64,000 bases of DNA from Cyanophora paradoxa CCMP329 (lineage: Eukaryota; Plantae; Glaucophyta). The position numbers were made by a program, and so were the translations under genes. The DNA lies in NCBI GenBank assembly GCA_004431415.1, contig QPMI01000477.1, positions 248,001-312,000 of the forward strand, in the 5' to 3' direction. Below are positions 23,775 through 36,521 of this stretch, one piece after another (within the stretch, counting starts at the first letter, position 1; each line of letters starts with the position of its first letter). The notes beneath the pieces were generated by a model. The model saw only the letters and a list, made by a program, of their open reading frames with translations, was not told where the DNA came from and did no database searches.

Positions 23775-23879
23775 TTTGGCTATCACTGTTACTATATAGT
23801 GAGAAATCTTTAAATGGTTTTCTTCTTTGATTGGGGAAGGACCCCCTTCCCCTTCCCCCACTTGGGGGTGCTCGGGTGC

Positions 23880-25870
23880 CCACCCTAGGCCAAAATGAAA
23901 TGTCCCGACCTCCCAGAACCCGGGATTTCTCGCCGCATCCTAGCAAGGCATGTCTCTAGGAGTCCGGAAACGTGTACCTGAAGATCCGGGTCCCGTCGGG
24001 TCGACCAGGAATGGGCAATAACACATTTTCAAAAAATGCTACCTAGGGCCTCACCAAGTGGCGGTATATCTGCCGGATCGAGTGCGCCTGAATGCGCCTG
24101 ATACGCCCGACGATTCATGTCATACATGCCGAGACCGGAGGGGCACAGGGTGGTCCGCTAGGCCGCCTCAAGTACCTGTTGTACCGGACGCCGGAAAAAA
24201 GAGCTCCTGCGAGTCGGGAGCCGATTGCTGGGTACGCAGTACTACGTTCTTGCCATGGCGCGCCGAGGCGGACGAGGGCGCGGTGCGGACCTGCCGCCTG
24301 ACATATCCGAAAGCGAAGTTCAGCTCTGCTCGACGCCGTATCGGCTTGCCGGACTTCCGCGTGTGGCGTCCGTCGACATCGCGCCGACCACGGCGAGTGC
24401 GCGCCGAGGTTCTGCTCTGCTGCATGGATCGCTCGCCCGGGCCGGGCCGCTCGAGCCTCACTCGTGCGCTCGCTCGCGCGCTCGCCGGCGCCGCGTGTGG
24501 CGTTGCCGTCGGCGCTGCCACGCTCCACGCTCCACCGATTCCGGCCGCACCAGGTACGAACTCGTCCACCGCCGCGCCGCCCTATATAGCTAGGCCTCTC
24601 ACTTCCCGCGAGATGCAGCAGCGAGCGTCGCAGCTGGGCATCAACATGTACATCGCATCTGTTCCATCGGTGCGCATGCTGCCCAGCTGTGCTCGTCGCT
24701 TCCTCTGCCGCGGGGGAAGGGTCCGGTTGCATGACTCATGCTTGCCACCCTCAGTCTTGCATTTGCAACCGCATGCAATCGACCGGGTTGAGCCGCTAGC
24801 AAGTATCACATCACCTCCAAGACCTCGGCCTCCGCCTCCGTTGACGGCGCGCCCGTCCGCCTTGCTGCGCTCCTCGTACGCGTCCGCGCTAGTACGCTAA
24901 GCGCCTGCCGCTGCGCCGGCGCCTAGCCTCCGCCCGCGCCGACGCCGGCCAACGCCGGCGCGGCGGCGCGGCCGCCGGGCTCCTCCGCTCCTCGGGGCGG
25001 AGGCGCAGCGGGCGGCGGCGCGGCTCGCGGGGCGGGGCGGAGGCGCGGCGGGCGGCGGCGCGGGTCGCCGGGCGGGCGGAGGCACGGCGGGCGGCGGAGC
25101 AGCTAGCGCTCGCCGGGCGGGGCGGGAGGCGCTGCGGGCGGCGGAGCGGCTATCCGGGCGGGGCGGAGTCGCGGCGGGCGGCGGCGCGTCTCGACGGGAA
25201 GGGCGGAGGGCGGAGGCGCAGGGCGGGGCGCCGCGGCGGAGGCGCGGCGGGCGGCGGCGCTTCTCAAGATCTAGTCCTCCGCTGAGTTAGATCTCGTCCT
25301 CGAGCTCCCCCACTTCTGAAAAGCACCGGCTCACTATCTATCTCCACACTAGTCCACACTATCTCGGCTCAAAGCTAACGTGACCAGCTGCAGGGGTGAA
25401 CTTTCCTGCTCAACCTTTGGAGGTCCTTCCCCTCCAACAGGGGCAGTGCAACTGCAGTGTCCCTGTTCCGTTCATATAAACCGCTTTTGAAAAGCTGTCA
25501 TTTTTTGCCCCGCCGCATTGGAGCGCTGCGCATCCTTGTGAGACAAGATGCCGGAAAAATAAGCCGAAGGTCTCCGCCTCCACGTTTCTACGATTGAACC
25601 CCGTAGAACAGGTGATTAAAAAGTTTAAAAATCATGGATTTTCACAACTTTCCTACAACGCCGCTTAGAAAAATAAGCAAACGTGAGCGCAAACTTTCGG
25701 AATGGAGGGTATTGCGCTATTCTTTGAAAAGAAAATTTTAACGTGAGAATGATGCGTGAGCCGTCCCTTAACGGCGATAGCCTGGACGGAGACCCAATTT
25801 AGCAAATCCGGAAAGCATTGGCGCCGCATTGGGAATGGAGTTAAGCGGGTCGGATTGGGATGTAGCAACC
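23880..25870. other. GC-rich non-viral insert inside PLV-1 (probable non-autonomous TE or host DNA), with a GGCGGAGGCGCGGCGG-type low-complexity tract at ~24940-25260
   Basis: Sharp composition shift; no credible ORF; boundaries approximate. Confidence 0.5.
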
Positions 25871-26532
25871 CGCAAGATTGACTTATTTAACACCGGCAAA
25901 TCCGTTTTATTGGATTCTTGGTAATCGATTGTCTTAGCGATTAATTCCGTCGGTGTGTGTTTCTCCTCTTTGATTGGATCCGGTAGCACATCAAACGTAA
26001 CATCGGGTTTCTTGTCTACCTTCTCTTTGGTTATCGGTTGCTCCGTTATCTTCTTCTCTTTCTGTGTCTCATCGGCGATTCCCTCAATGAGACTTTTAGC
26101 GTGTTTGTATGTGATCGTTTTCAGTCCACCGGTTGCTGCTCTGATAAAGTAGCGGTTGCGGTGGTCTTTCTCAGAATATGTGGAATACAGACGTTCGCCA
26201 CCATCGAGGAGTTTAAGAAGAGTCGACTTCTTGTTAACGGCATCAACGGTGGAGCTTTTGAACTGTCCTTTTTTAATCCCACGCTTTGCACCGGGCATAC
26301 GATTAAGCGGCACTTGCTCGACAAGGGCGTTATCATCGTTAATATCATTTGTGGATGCTGTCGTAAACTGGTTCCTATCTTTGTGAACATCACGCTCAAC
26401 ATCACCATTACCGAGCGCCCCGACACCCTTCGATTTCTTATACCAATTCCTCCCTTTCATATCACCATCTCCAACATCAGCTATTGCCGCTGGTTTGGCT
26501 AAGTAGTTCTTTGGCTGTGTCTTGCGAGGCAT
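25768..26532 (-). CDS. PLV-1 hypothetical Lys-rich protein (C-terminus probably run into the insert)
   Basis: Open AT-rich ORF starting MPRKTQPK directly downstream of the minor capsid gene. Confidence 0.6.
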   Translation of the reverse strand: MPRKTQPKNYLAKPAAIADVGDGDMKGRNWYKKSKGVGALGNGDVERDVHKDRNQFTTASTNDINDDNALVEQVPLNRMPGAKRGIKKGQFKSSTVDAVNKKSTLLKLLDGGERLYSTYSEKDHRNRYFIRAATGGLKTITYKHAKSLIEGIADETQKEKKITEQPITKEKVDKKPDVTFDVLPDPIKEEKHTPTELIAKTIDYQESNKTDLPVLNKSILRVATSQSDPLNSIPNAAPMLSGFAKLGLRPGYRR

Positions 26533-26564
26533 TTGAAATAACCACACAAAATTATTCGGCAATA

Positions 26565-27467
26565 TTACATATTACGACCAAACGGTAAATAGACATTTTC
26601 CAAATCCCTTATGACGTTTTTCAGTGCTGCTTTCGTAAGATCCTTTTCATCTTCCGTGATCAGTTCGAGAGTCATCGACCAATCCGTTGTTATATCGGTT
26701 TCGTTACCATTCCAATACGTCAAACGCACTTTAAGCGTCTCAACTTCCACTAATCCGTTCTGCTCATGAATGATCATGGAGTTATTGGAAGAATCGTATT
26801 TTAGGAGACTACCTACCGTCTGGTCAATCTCAATTTTAGCAAGCGCTTTATCATCGCTGGTATTCTTGCTTACGTAGTTTCCTTTGAGTGGATCGACATG
26901 TAGAAGGATGTAAGAATTAAACAGAAGATCGAGCGGTATAACGCTGTCGAGGTAATGATTATAAGTAAAACCACCAACAGTAACAGGTGAACCAAGAGGT
27001 GTGGATGGATAACCTAAACCCGAGCCATTTATTGATGGATCCGGGAAACCTAAGAAATTGGCTAAAATCCGACTACCGAAACGTATAGTAAATGTTGCTT
27101 CGCCAATAATCCTTAGTTTCATTGTGGTAGAGTCGTAAGACACATTGAAATGACGGGTATATGTAGTTCCTGATGCACTGTATGTCTGGGATAACAGTAG
27201 AGCATTTAGATAATTCACCAAACTCTCCGCTGTGTATGCCCCTTTCGAAATTGTGTTTGATTTGGTTTTGGTTGCTCCTTGCCCATCGAGTGTAGATGTT
27301 ACAAGCGCTCCGTTTTCGCTGAGATTGTAAATGTTATTAAACATTTCGAAATTGGTCACGCGACATGCTTTAACATTTTGGATTGCATGGGGAAGTTTGT
27401 ATGAATAGTTTGTTGGGGTTCCATCGTCCCGATCCCGGGAATCAATATTTAGATAGTAACGCGTCAT
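26565..27467 (-). CDS. Minor capsid (penton-like) protein
   Basis: YLNIDSRDRD..NYSYKLP..IQNVK..NNIYN N-terminus and LKVRLTYWNG..DWSMTLEL C-terminus, typical of PLV/NCLDV minor capsid proteins. Confidence 0.8.
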   Translation of the reverse strand: MTRYYLNIDSRDRDDGTPTNYSYKLPHAIQNVKACRVTNFEMFNNIYNLSENGALVTSTLDGQGATKTKSNTISKGAYTAESLVNYLNALLLSQTYSASGTTYTRHFNVSYDSTTMKLRIIGEATFTIRFGSRILANFLGFPDPSINGSGLGYPSTPLGSPVTVGGFTYNHYLDSVIPLDLLFNSYILLHVDPLKGNYVSKNTSDDKALAKIEIDQTVGSLLKYDSSNNSMIIHEQNGLVEVETLKVRLTYWNGNETDITTDWSMTLELITEDEKDLTKAALKNVIRDLENVYLPFGRNM

Positions 27468-27519
27468 TCTGTTTAATAATGTAATTTAAAAATTTCTTTT
27501 CGTATTTTAAACAAAGGAT

Positions 27520-28746
27520 ATGGCGCTTACTGGAACGACCCTTAAAGAACTCCTCGTTACTCCCGGATCGGATCAAATTTATCTATCACCCGGTCTCCAA
27601 ATCGGAACCAACCCCAAATATAAGCCATTCCTTGAACAGGTTCGCCCACGTGGTAACACTTTCGGATTCAAAACGACCGCCTACTTTGATCTCCCACGCA
27701 AGCAACTGCTAAGTGGCGTTTCGCTTTACTTTAAGGTTACTACCGGTGGTGGTGTTGCTTGTGATCTTCCCAATGGTGGCGCTTCTTTCATTAAAGAGGT
27801 TCGTTTTGTCCATGGTGGGTTCAAGTATATCATCCCTGGTGATTGGATCACTGTAAACACTCTGGTAGATAATGACATTTCCGCGCTAAGCACTATGTAT
27901 ATGTCGCTCGGTGTAGGTGCCGTAGCTACCCGTGAATCTACCGACAAGTCGACTGAATATGTAGTTAAAATTCCGGCTGCTTTCTGGGACGATGCATATT
28001 TCCCCCTTTGCGTTCTTGCGGATATGCCCACCATCGAGGTAGATTTTCGCGAGGCTGCGGTAGTTAACGTTCCTGCTGGTGGAACTGTTACCGTGAGTGA
28101 TTGCGGGCTAATCTGTCAATTCGTTAACATTGCTTCTGCGGAGGCTGAGACTCTCCTTAAAATGGCGAATGAACAGGGAGGTATTCGCATTCCAATTACG
28201 GAAGTCATCCACAAAAAGACCCGATCACTTAAAACTGCCGATTCTGGCGAGGCGGTCGAGGTTACACTGGCTAACGTTTCCGGTCTGGTGCATTCAATCC
28301 TTATGACTGTTCGTGACGTTAACAAGCTGGACAAATACACTCATTCCGATTTCTACGGTGTTGGATCTGCTGTGAAAATCGATGAGTTCCAAATTTTCCA
28401 CAACAACCGATCGCTTGAAATCTCTAATAAACCCATTTCTGGTTTCCTTTCTGCTGCTAACCACATCCCATCGCATTACAAAGGTGCAACCGTAGGCAAT
28501 GCTGGTTTTGGTTTCGAGAGTGGATGTGTCTATGGTGTTGTTCTCAGCAAGAATGGTAAGGATTCGCTCCATAATTCGGTCATGGGTTATCAGGACTTCT
28601 TCAATAGTTCGAGTTCGTATATGGATCTGACCGTTTCCGGTTGCACTGATGCTGCACCGGTTCAGGTCGACATTTTCGCGCTCCGCCATAATGTCATGGT
28701 TCTCAATGGCTATAACATTTCGACACTGAAAGTTTCCAACTTCTAA
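27520..28746 (+). CDS. Major capsid protein (putative double jelly-roll)
   Basis: 408 aa; FGFKTTAYFDLPR..IKEVRFVHGG..IPGDW..YFPLCVL..EVDFR..VDIFALRHNVM. Clearly homologous to 49720-51090; sits next to the minor capsid gene. Confidence 0.8.
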   Translation: MALTGTTLKELLVTPGSDQIYLSPGLQIGTNPKYKPFLEQVRPRGNTFGFKTTAYFDLPRKQLLSGVSLYFKVTTGGGVACDLPNGGASFIKEVRFVHGGFKYIIPGDWITVNTLVDNDISALSTMYMSLGVGAVATRESTDKSTEYVVKIPAAFWDDAYFPLCVLADMPTIEVDFREAAVVNVPAGGTVTVSDCGLICQFVNIASAEAETLLKMANEQGGIRIPITEVIHKKTRSLKTADSGEAVEVTLANVSGLVHSILMTVRDVNKLDKYTHSDFYGVGSAVKIDEFQIFHNNRSLEISNKPISGFLSAANHIPSHYKGATVGNAGFGFESGCVYGVVLSKNGKDSLHNSVMGYQDFFNSSSSYMDLTVSGCTDAAPVQVDIFALRHNVMVLNGYNISTLKVSNF

Positions 28747-30379
28747 GAAGTTCTTTTTTCTTTCTTTAAAGTAGGGAGTTTTTTTTTTTTTTTTTTCAGT
28801 AATCCCTAGTGTATTAGGGGACTGGTGCCCCAAGTTGACAAACAGCTAATGCTATCTGCCTACCCTAGGCCTAGGCCTACAAACACACGACAAGTCTAGC
28901 TTACCTCCCCCCTATTGGGTCTCCAGCTAGACTAACCCCGAGGGAATCTCCCTACTGCGAGCCCTACCCCCTAAGGCCACTCTTGCGGCCCTCGGTGGGG
29001 CCTCCCCCAGCGGCCGCGCGAGCGCGGCCATTGGGGGGGTGGGGTTGGGGGTGGGGAGCTGGGGCCGGAGAGTTTATTGGGGCAGGGCCCCGGAGGATTT
29101 ATTGCGCACCGCCTCTGCGGTGCGAGCGCCGCCGGGCGCGGGCCCCGGGGAGGGGTTGGGGCCCCCATCCGGCGGCGGGTCCCGCCCTGCAGGCTGCCAG
29201 CGGCGTGGCAGCCTGCACCTGCGCGGGCGGGACCGGACCTGGCGCGGGCAGGCAGGCCACGCCCGAGGGGCCTGCTCTCCTCCAGGAGTGGGCCTCTCAA
29301 GCGCGAGCGTGGCGTCAGCCCGGCGCGCGCGGGCAGGGAGTGCACACTTTGGGCTCAGGGTCTGTAGCCCAGCGGGGAGAGGCCGAAGATGAGGAGGGAC
29401 TGGATGAGGTCGCCGCGGTGGAGCAGGGGGTGGTACCTTGGGGGCAGAGAAGGGGGTACGGGGCTCGGTGGAGGCGGCGGTGACGGCCCAGGGGTGTAGG
29501 CAGAGGGGACATCGGTCTGGGGCGGGAGTGCCTCGGGTGGAGCTGGCGCGCGCGGGCGGAAAACTCGAATGGGGCGGTGGTGCGGGACCGAGGGCGGTGC
29601 CGGCGGTGGTGGGGGGCCCGGCGGCGGGGGCGCGGGGCTGGCGGGGCGGGGCCGGTCTTGCGGTTCGACGGGTGACGGCGGTGTGGGGGGTCAGAGAGGT
29701 TCACCGAGGCGGGGGGTCCGGGGGGGGCGGTCCTGTGGATCAGGGGCTGGGACAGCCGGACCTGCACGTCGGGCTCCGCGGTCTCCACGTGCAAGAAGAT
29801 TGTTGCGGGCGGAGGTGAAGCCGGCCGAGTCACGGAGGGCGGCCAGCTCACGCTCGCGGCGCGTGAGGCGGCGGGTAGCGGGGCTGGGCTGCGGGGAGGG
29901 GGAGGAGGCTGGGGGGTGTGGGGGGAGGGGCTGGGGGGAAGGGGGGGGGAGACGGGGCCGGGGACGGTGGAGGGGCCGGTCGGGCGGGCGAGGGGAGGGG
30001 CCGGGGTGGCGGAGGGTCCGCTGGGGGCGGGGGCGGCGGGGAGTCCGGAGGGGAGGGGGCAGTTGCGAGTCGGGGCCGGGGAGAACGGGGGAGAGACCGA
30101 CCGCGGACCGGAAGTAGGATTGGAGGGGCGCATCGCCACGGTCGTCCCTCTGCCGCGGCCTTTGCCGCGGCCCTTACCGGGTCGAGCTGTGCCGGCACCT
30201 AGTCGGGAGGAAGGGCCTGTCGCCTCCGGTCGGCCTGTCGGAGGTGGGCGAGGCGAGGCGGGGGCGGGGCGGGGCGTGGGGGGGCGGGGGTCCGGGGCTC
30301 GCGGCGGCGGGGTGGAGCCGGAGCCGGAGGGGGCTGGGGCGGACCTCTGGGGCCGGGTCCGGGTGCTGGGGCCGTTGGC

Positions 30380-31100
30380 TTGTGGCTAGGATTCGGGTGA
30401 GGATGAGGCTGCGCCAGTGGGCGCAGCACCGGCTGCTGCCATCGAAGGGCGAGTTGGGGTCCGTGAGCGCGTCTTCTTGGCCCCGGACCAGGGCGTCTGC
30501 CAGGGCACAGACAATTACACCGCAGCTGAAGCGGTCCCGTTGTTCGGGATGGGGTACCTGGTGGCCGATGCAAGCGGCCAGGCGGTGGGGTCGTCTGAGG
30601 GAGGTTGCGTTCCCGGCGCTCGAGCTGGAGCCAGCGGAGAATCGGGGCCAGCTTCTCTCGAGCCGACTCTGCGTTTGGCAGGTTGTAGGCATCATAGAGT
30701 TCGGCTCGACGGTCACGTACGTGGATCGCAGCGAAGGTCCAGTGGCCCGGTGAGTGGATCGGGAAGAGCAGAACATCGAAGTCGAACGGGCTGACCCCGC
30801 GGGCTACCAGCTTGTTGTGAAGGCGCTGGGGCCTCGGCCTGGCGCGGAGAGGTTAGGGTACTCAAGCGAGTCAAAGATTAGTGGACGGCGGGCCAGGGCA
30901 GGGAGTTGGGCGAGGAGGGCGAGGTAGAAGACAACGGTCTCGTCGTCTAACCAGGTCTCACCATTGAGCCGACTGAGAGATCTCCTTGTGACGTTGATGC
31001 TGCCCGAGGTACCGAGCAGCGGCGAGGAGATCTGTCGGAGTACTTCCTGCGCAGGCTTTAGCGGGCCGGGTCGGGTCTGTGCCCACGCTAGGCGGACCTC
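30380..31100 (-). pseudogene. Ulp1/SENP-family (C48) cysteine protease domain of the LINE
   Basis: ETWLDDETVVFYL (ORF 30804-31238), LLFPIHSPGHWTFAAI..ELYDAYN (my translation of ~30685-30780) and EQRDRFSCGVIVC (ORF 30174-30776) supply the His, Asp, Gln and Cys catalytic residues. Confidence 0.8.
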
Positions 31101-32789
31101 TTCGGACGGCGGCAGGGGGGGCCACGGGCTGGGCTGCGGGCGGGTCGGGGCCGCGGGCAAGGGTGAGTGCCGGGGCTCCGGCGGGTGAGGCGCTGGGGGC
31201 TCAGGGGGGTGGAGGGTTAAGCTGGGGGCTGAGCTCACGGAGGGGCGTCCGATCGCGAGGTTGCTTTGAGGTTCGTGGGCGGGCTGTGCGGGCTGTCTGC
31301 GGCGACATTCATCAGGTCATGGGCGTCGGGCGGGAGGGCGGGCAAGCTGGACGGTCTGTGCTCGACCGGCCTACTGCTGAGTGCGCATCGCGCGCTGGCG
31401 CTGCCGTCGGCTGGAGACGGGCGCGTTCCGGTACGCTTGGGGTACCGGAATACTACTGACCAGCACTACGGGTGCGGGCTGCGGGTTCGGGTCCGGCTGA
31501 GGGCGTGTCTCCCGGGCGCGGCGGCTTCTTCGGCGGGCCGCGGGGTCTGTTGCTGGCGGGGGTCGGGGCGCCGTCAGAGTCCGACGCGTGAGGCCACAGC
31601 GGCGCTGCCAGGCTTGGACGTCCGAGTTTCGCGCCTGCCAAATCTCCTGGAGCCCCGTCACAAGTACATCAAAGATCCCGTTCGCGCATTTACGAGCAGC
31701 GGGGGCGCGAACATGAAGGTACTCGAGGGCCGGGACCAGACTGCGGGGAGGAGCAGCCGGACGGACAGGCGGGGCGAGTCGTGCGAGAGGTCGGTGAAAA
31801 GGGCCTGTCCGTGAGTCAGCCAGCGGGAGGGGAGCCGTAGAGACAGGCACGGAGGTGGGGGGTACAGGCCCGGGTCGCGAGCGTTCGTGCACGGTCTGAC
31901 GCCAGCGGCGTTCGTCAGCGAGGGCGAAGGCGGGAAATAGGTCGCGGAGGAACAGGCCGTCCGACTTCAGGCCGTCCGGGAGCTCGTACCTCGTTGCGGC
32001 CGACTTTAGTCTCTGCGTGGTGATCGTTGTGTGGAGGAGGTTGTAAATCTTGGATTGCATAGCGAGCCGGGCCGCTTGCGATGCCGAACAAAGGCCGAAG
32101 GCGTGGTCGTGGGTCTCGGGTTGACTCGCGCTGTGGAGCGCCGGCGGGGGGTCGCGGTCTGCGGTTGCGGCGGCTCCTGGGTCGCGCCTCGGTGCCCAGG
32201 GGGGTGCCGGGATGGGGCCGCCGGAGGCGTCGGCGACGCGAGCGCACCCAGGGCGTACGCACAGGCCTTGCGGGTTGATGTTGCCGTAGAGGTGTGGGCA
32301 TCGCGGGCACGGACAGGTAGGAGGGGCGCGAGTTCCATGCTGAATTTGGTGAGCTGCGCAAGGCGGGCATTGAACGGGGCTGACGCGTCGCGGGAGGCGC
32401 CTTGCTTACGGAATTCGCGCGCGAGCCGTGCCCGGTCGGCCGGGGCGCCGAGCCACGAGGATTCAAGCGACGTCAGCCGCACGAAGTTACGCATTTCGCA
32501 GACGGCGCGGACGTGGGCCCGGGGGTCGGACTCGACGCGGTACGCTCTGCTGGAGTCGTACCCCTCCAGGCTCCTGCGGGGGGGTGAGAAGAGGAGGACG
32601 AACTCGAACCCGCCGGGGGGAAAGAGGGGCTCACGCCGTGCTAGCCATGCACGTTTTGCGGCAGCCGAGACGGCGGGGTCGGATGCGACTGCGGGATCTG
32701 CCTGCCAGGTGGCGCTCTCGACGTCAGCCCAGGCATTGAGGCCGTGGCCATCGCTGCAGGCCTTGGAGAACGGGGCGCAGGGGTGCAGG

Positions 32790-33830
32790 GCGAGCGCCGC
32801 TGCGGCGAGGCGGTCGGCTCGGTGGTTATCCCGGTCGTACGCATCATTCAGTACCCTCTCCATGCGTTGGGCGATCGGGAGGCCGGCGAGGGCGGGAACG
32901 TGGGCCCGAGAGCCGCGAGCGCGTCTCGACGGCGCTGGCGTTCCTCCAGGCGCGCCTTGCGGGTCTGACGTTCGATCTGGTGGAGAATGCGTCGAGTCTC
33001 GCGGCGGCGGAGGTGAGCAGTGCGCGCACGGATGTGCTCGGACAGGTAGTTATAAGCGCCCGAAAGCGGGTTCGGGCGCCCGGCGTACACCCCTTGTCCC
33101 TCGCCGAATTTGGCGATAAGCTCGGCGTCAGAGGGCTCGGGGGGAGGTCGTCCGGGGCGGAGAGGTAGGACACGTACGATCCGGAGTCGTCCGCATCGCT
33201 GTCCGTCTCGGGCTCTGCCGGGCGACAGGCGCAGGCCGGTCAGTGTACTCTTTCTGATGCGCCTTCACCTTCTGTACGCGGACCTCGGCGGGTGGCCTTC
33301 CGGCGGCGGCGGCGAGGGCTCTGCGGTGCTGATGGACTTCTGCAGCCGCTCGCAGATGGTGCGAGAAGTTGGTGCGAAGGCCGCTGCGGACCGTCGAGTC
33401 AGCGCGGTGCAGGACAGAGCGGCGGATGAGTGACATCGCCGTCGAGCTGTCTGTCTTAACTGTGCAGCCTCGGGCGACTTTAAGAAGGCCGTGAGGACGG
33501 CGAGGAGCTCGCCTTTGTTGTTGTTGACAGTGCCCGGGCACGGGGCGACAAAGAAGTCGCTGCCGTCCGTGGGGATGGCTTCGGCGAGCTCCCGCAGGGC
33601 CGCCGCCTGTGGGGCGTCATCTTCTGCGCATGCATCGGCTTCACGCAGCAGCTGGTTTTTCAGCTGTATACCTTCGCTGCGGCGCTGGGCTTCCCGCTGC
33701 CGATCCGCTGGGGAGTGCGCCGCGTTCTGCTCGTGGTCCCGGTCCAGACACCCGCGTAAGCCGTTAGCGCCGCCTCGGATCCGAACCCGTTGTGCTGGCA
33801 TCGGTCGCCGCCACTCTCGGGGCCGGGCAG
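32790..33830 (-). pseudogene. RNase H domain of the LINE
   Basis: VAATDAS, NNNKGELLAV, KTDSSTAM, KVKAH and DNHRADRLA, spread over several frames. Confidence 0.8.
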
Positions 33831-35369
33831 CGGGAGCTCCTCGCGGCGAAGCTCCTGGGCTACGAGGTTCCAGAACGGGTCGGCTAGGGGCTCCGGGTCG
33901 ATGAGAAAGTGCTCGAGAGGCTGGCGATCCGGGTATACAGGCGGTGCGGTGCGCGGTGGCACTGTACCCGGGCGGCGTTGCTTGTAGCCCGACGGCGGCT
34001 GGGGCTGCGCGGAGGGATCCGCTTCGTAATCCAATCGCGTTCCCACGGAGGAAGGAAGAGCGTCGTGCGGAACTCGGTCCACCACTCCTGACTCTCTAGC
34101 TTCACAACCGCGTACGGTTCGTGCTTCCACGTGCGGGTCGCCGGGGTGATTAGCTCGAGGAGGCGGCCGGGTGAATGTGGATGGAGTCCTCGTCCACTGG
34201 CAGGCGCCTGACTCCGGCTCAGAGTGGTCGCAGCGCTGGCGCGCCGCCTTGGCTGTCGCATCGTCCGTCGTGTACCGCGCATCGCACTCATCTTTGAGCA
34301 TCGTGCACTTGTAGAATCGGGCGGCGCCCTCCCCGTCGCCGTCGCGGATCGTGCGGTCGCGCCAGATCCAATGTTCCAGGCGGACGTACACGTGGAGGCG
34401 CCCATCGTCTTCATCGCGCTCCTCCCATTTGCTAACGATGCGCGTCAGGTAGCCCTGCGGGTGCCAGGCGAACTGTCCCTCCACGTACGGCGGGCTCATC
34501 AGGTTCGCTTCGAAAAGCGTCTGCTGGCGCCGCGCCCCTGCTTGAGCACGTGCATGGGGAAGCGCAGGGAGCGTGGGAGCTTCCTCGGCGGGACGGGCTC
34601 GCAGATTGCGCGGAGGAAGTCTGGAACCACGACGGCGCCCGCTGAGACGCTGGCGGACGCGGCCGCTGCCCAGAGGCTCGCCCAGTCCAGAACGGTGCGC
34701 CCGTCCGGGCCCGTGATGTCCGCCGCCGTCAGCAGATCGTGTTCCCACAGGAACGGCGCGGCGCTGCGGAGGAGGGCTGGCGGTAGAAGCGTAGTGAGGA
34801 CGAATCTTCGTTCGAGTCGAGGATGCGGGAGGGCCGGAGTCAGGTGCGACCTTCCCGAGTCGAGGATGTAGCCCTCCGCATTCATATTTCGGGCTATAGC
34901 GAGGGCTAGATGATCGCGCCGGAGGGCCGGGCCTGGATCTAGGTTCGGATAGCAGTACGGGGGAGAGGAAGGCATAGCTTTTCCTGCGCCGCGAACACGC
35001 GGTGGAGGAGATACGGGCGAAGCGTCGGGTGGTTCGCGCGGATTGTTTCGTCTAGGACGTGTATGGCGAGCTGCTCGTCTGCCAGGCGCTTCAGCCCATA
35101 GAATCCGCGGCTCCATATTAGGGCGTTGGCGCCGAGCGGCGGAGGCGCGCCTGATGCTTGACTAGCGTCATCCACAGGGTATCTATCTGGGCGCACTGGC
35201 GCTCGGTGTACGCGACAACCTTGCAGGCGTACGTGATGCGCGGGATGAGTACGCTGTTCACAATGTACACTGCTTCCTTTGCGGTGAGCTTCTTTTTCTT
35301 GAGGATCGCGCAGGCGGTCTGCGCTATCGTGTAGACCGCTTCGAACTGATGCCTCCAATTTAGGTCCGC

Positions 35370-36521
35370 GGTAAACCAGACCCCCAGGAACTTGAAGGGC
35401 TTCGTCGGAGGCAGGACGTGGTGCGCACGCTCCTTAGCCCCAGGCGGCCAAGGAGGGCGTTTGGGCTCGGGAGATACGTTGTTATAAGTGAACTCAGTCT
35501 TCTTCGCGTTCAGGGCGATATCGTGGATCCAGAAGAATTCCGATACCAGGTCCGCATGCAGTTGTACCCCCGCGCGGACGAGCTGATGAGCACGGTGTCG
35601 TCCGCGTAGGCCTGCCCTGGCGAGTCAACGTCGGGGAGGTGAGCCCGGAGGCGGTGAGCTGGCGGGGGGCCGGGCGAGGTGCGATCCGGGCCCCATGCGG
35701 TATGTTGTACCTCCGCCGCGCTGACTTCGCGCAGGGCCGTAAGGAAGACATCGTAAAAGATGAGCCAGTGGATAGGCGATTCCGTACCCCCTGGGGAAGC
35801 CCGCACTCGACATCGAACGTTCGGTGGGCCGTACCCGGTGAGGACCGATGCCTTGCGCCGCGTCGTGAGCTGTTCGTACAGCTGAATGTACTTCTCAGGG
35901 ATGCGGAGGCGGCGGAGGGCCATCGCCATGCTGGGCCAGCTCACGCTGTCGTAGGCTCGACGGATGTCAAGGAGGAGCAGGTAGATCGGTTTAGAGAACT
36001 GTTTCGCATCTTCAAGTAATGCGCGCATCATGTAGAGCGGCTCGTCCGTCGATTTACCACGTGTAAAGGCGTAGTTTGCGCCCTTCAGTAGTTCGTTCTT
36101 TCGGATGATCCTGGAGAGTCTATCCGTGAGAAGAGCTGTTACCAGTTTCAGGGCGCATTCTTGCAGTGTTATCGGTCTGACGTTGTCAGGGTGCCCGTCC
36201 CATTCCCCGCTCTTCGGGATCAGGCAGATATTTCCGTAGAGCAGAGGTTCAGGAACAGCTCCGAGCTCTAGAATCAGGTTGACCGTCACCAGTAGAAGCC
36301 GCCTGCAGGTTGGCGTTCTGTTTTCGGACTGGAGGGCCGAGGTGTCCAGGCCCGCTTTCTTCAGCTCTTCGAGCGTTTTCTTGGGGAGGACAGGGTCACT
36401 CCACAGCATCTTAATCATTTCATTCGAGAGGCCCGAGGGCCCTGCCGCCCCGTTTCTCAGCGAGCCAATGATTCTGCCCAGCTCCGTGTCCTCCGTGCGA
36501 TTCAGTAGGCTATCGAATAGG
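35370..36521 (-). pseudogene. Non-LTR reverse transcriptase
   Basis: AAGPSGLSNEMIK, ICLIPK, NVRPITL, LLLDIRRAYDSVSW, SPIHWLIFYD, AYADDTVLI and FKFLGVW. Confidence 0.93.

Larger units (their letters stand above)
17535..28778. mobile_element. Endogenous Polinton-like virus PLV-1 (partial; interrupted by insertions)
   Basis: AT-rich, intron-less, gene-dense block with rve integrase, pPolB, and minor and major capsid genes. Right part is cut by the LINE at 28779. Confidence 0.88.
28779..36521 (-). mobile_element. Non-LTR retrotransposon (LINE-like) with RT, RNase H and C-terminal Ulp1 protease; frameshifted; 5' part displaced by PLV-2
   Basis: T18 tract at 28779-28796 is the minus-strand poly(A). 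GC-rich body; RT, RNase H and protease motifs are all on the minus strand. Confidence 0.88.

Noticed and set aside
23880-25870. TIR-bounded DNA transposon inside PLV-1
   Set aside because: No convincing terminal inverted repeats, TSD or transposase found; left as an unclassified insert.
28971-30389. Pro/Gly/Arg-rich ORFs
   Set aside because: Low-complexity GC-rich LINE 3' region with open frames on both strands; no domain recognised.
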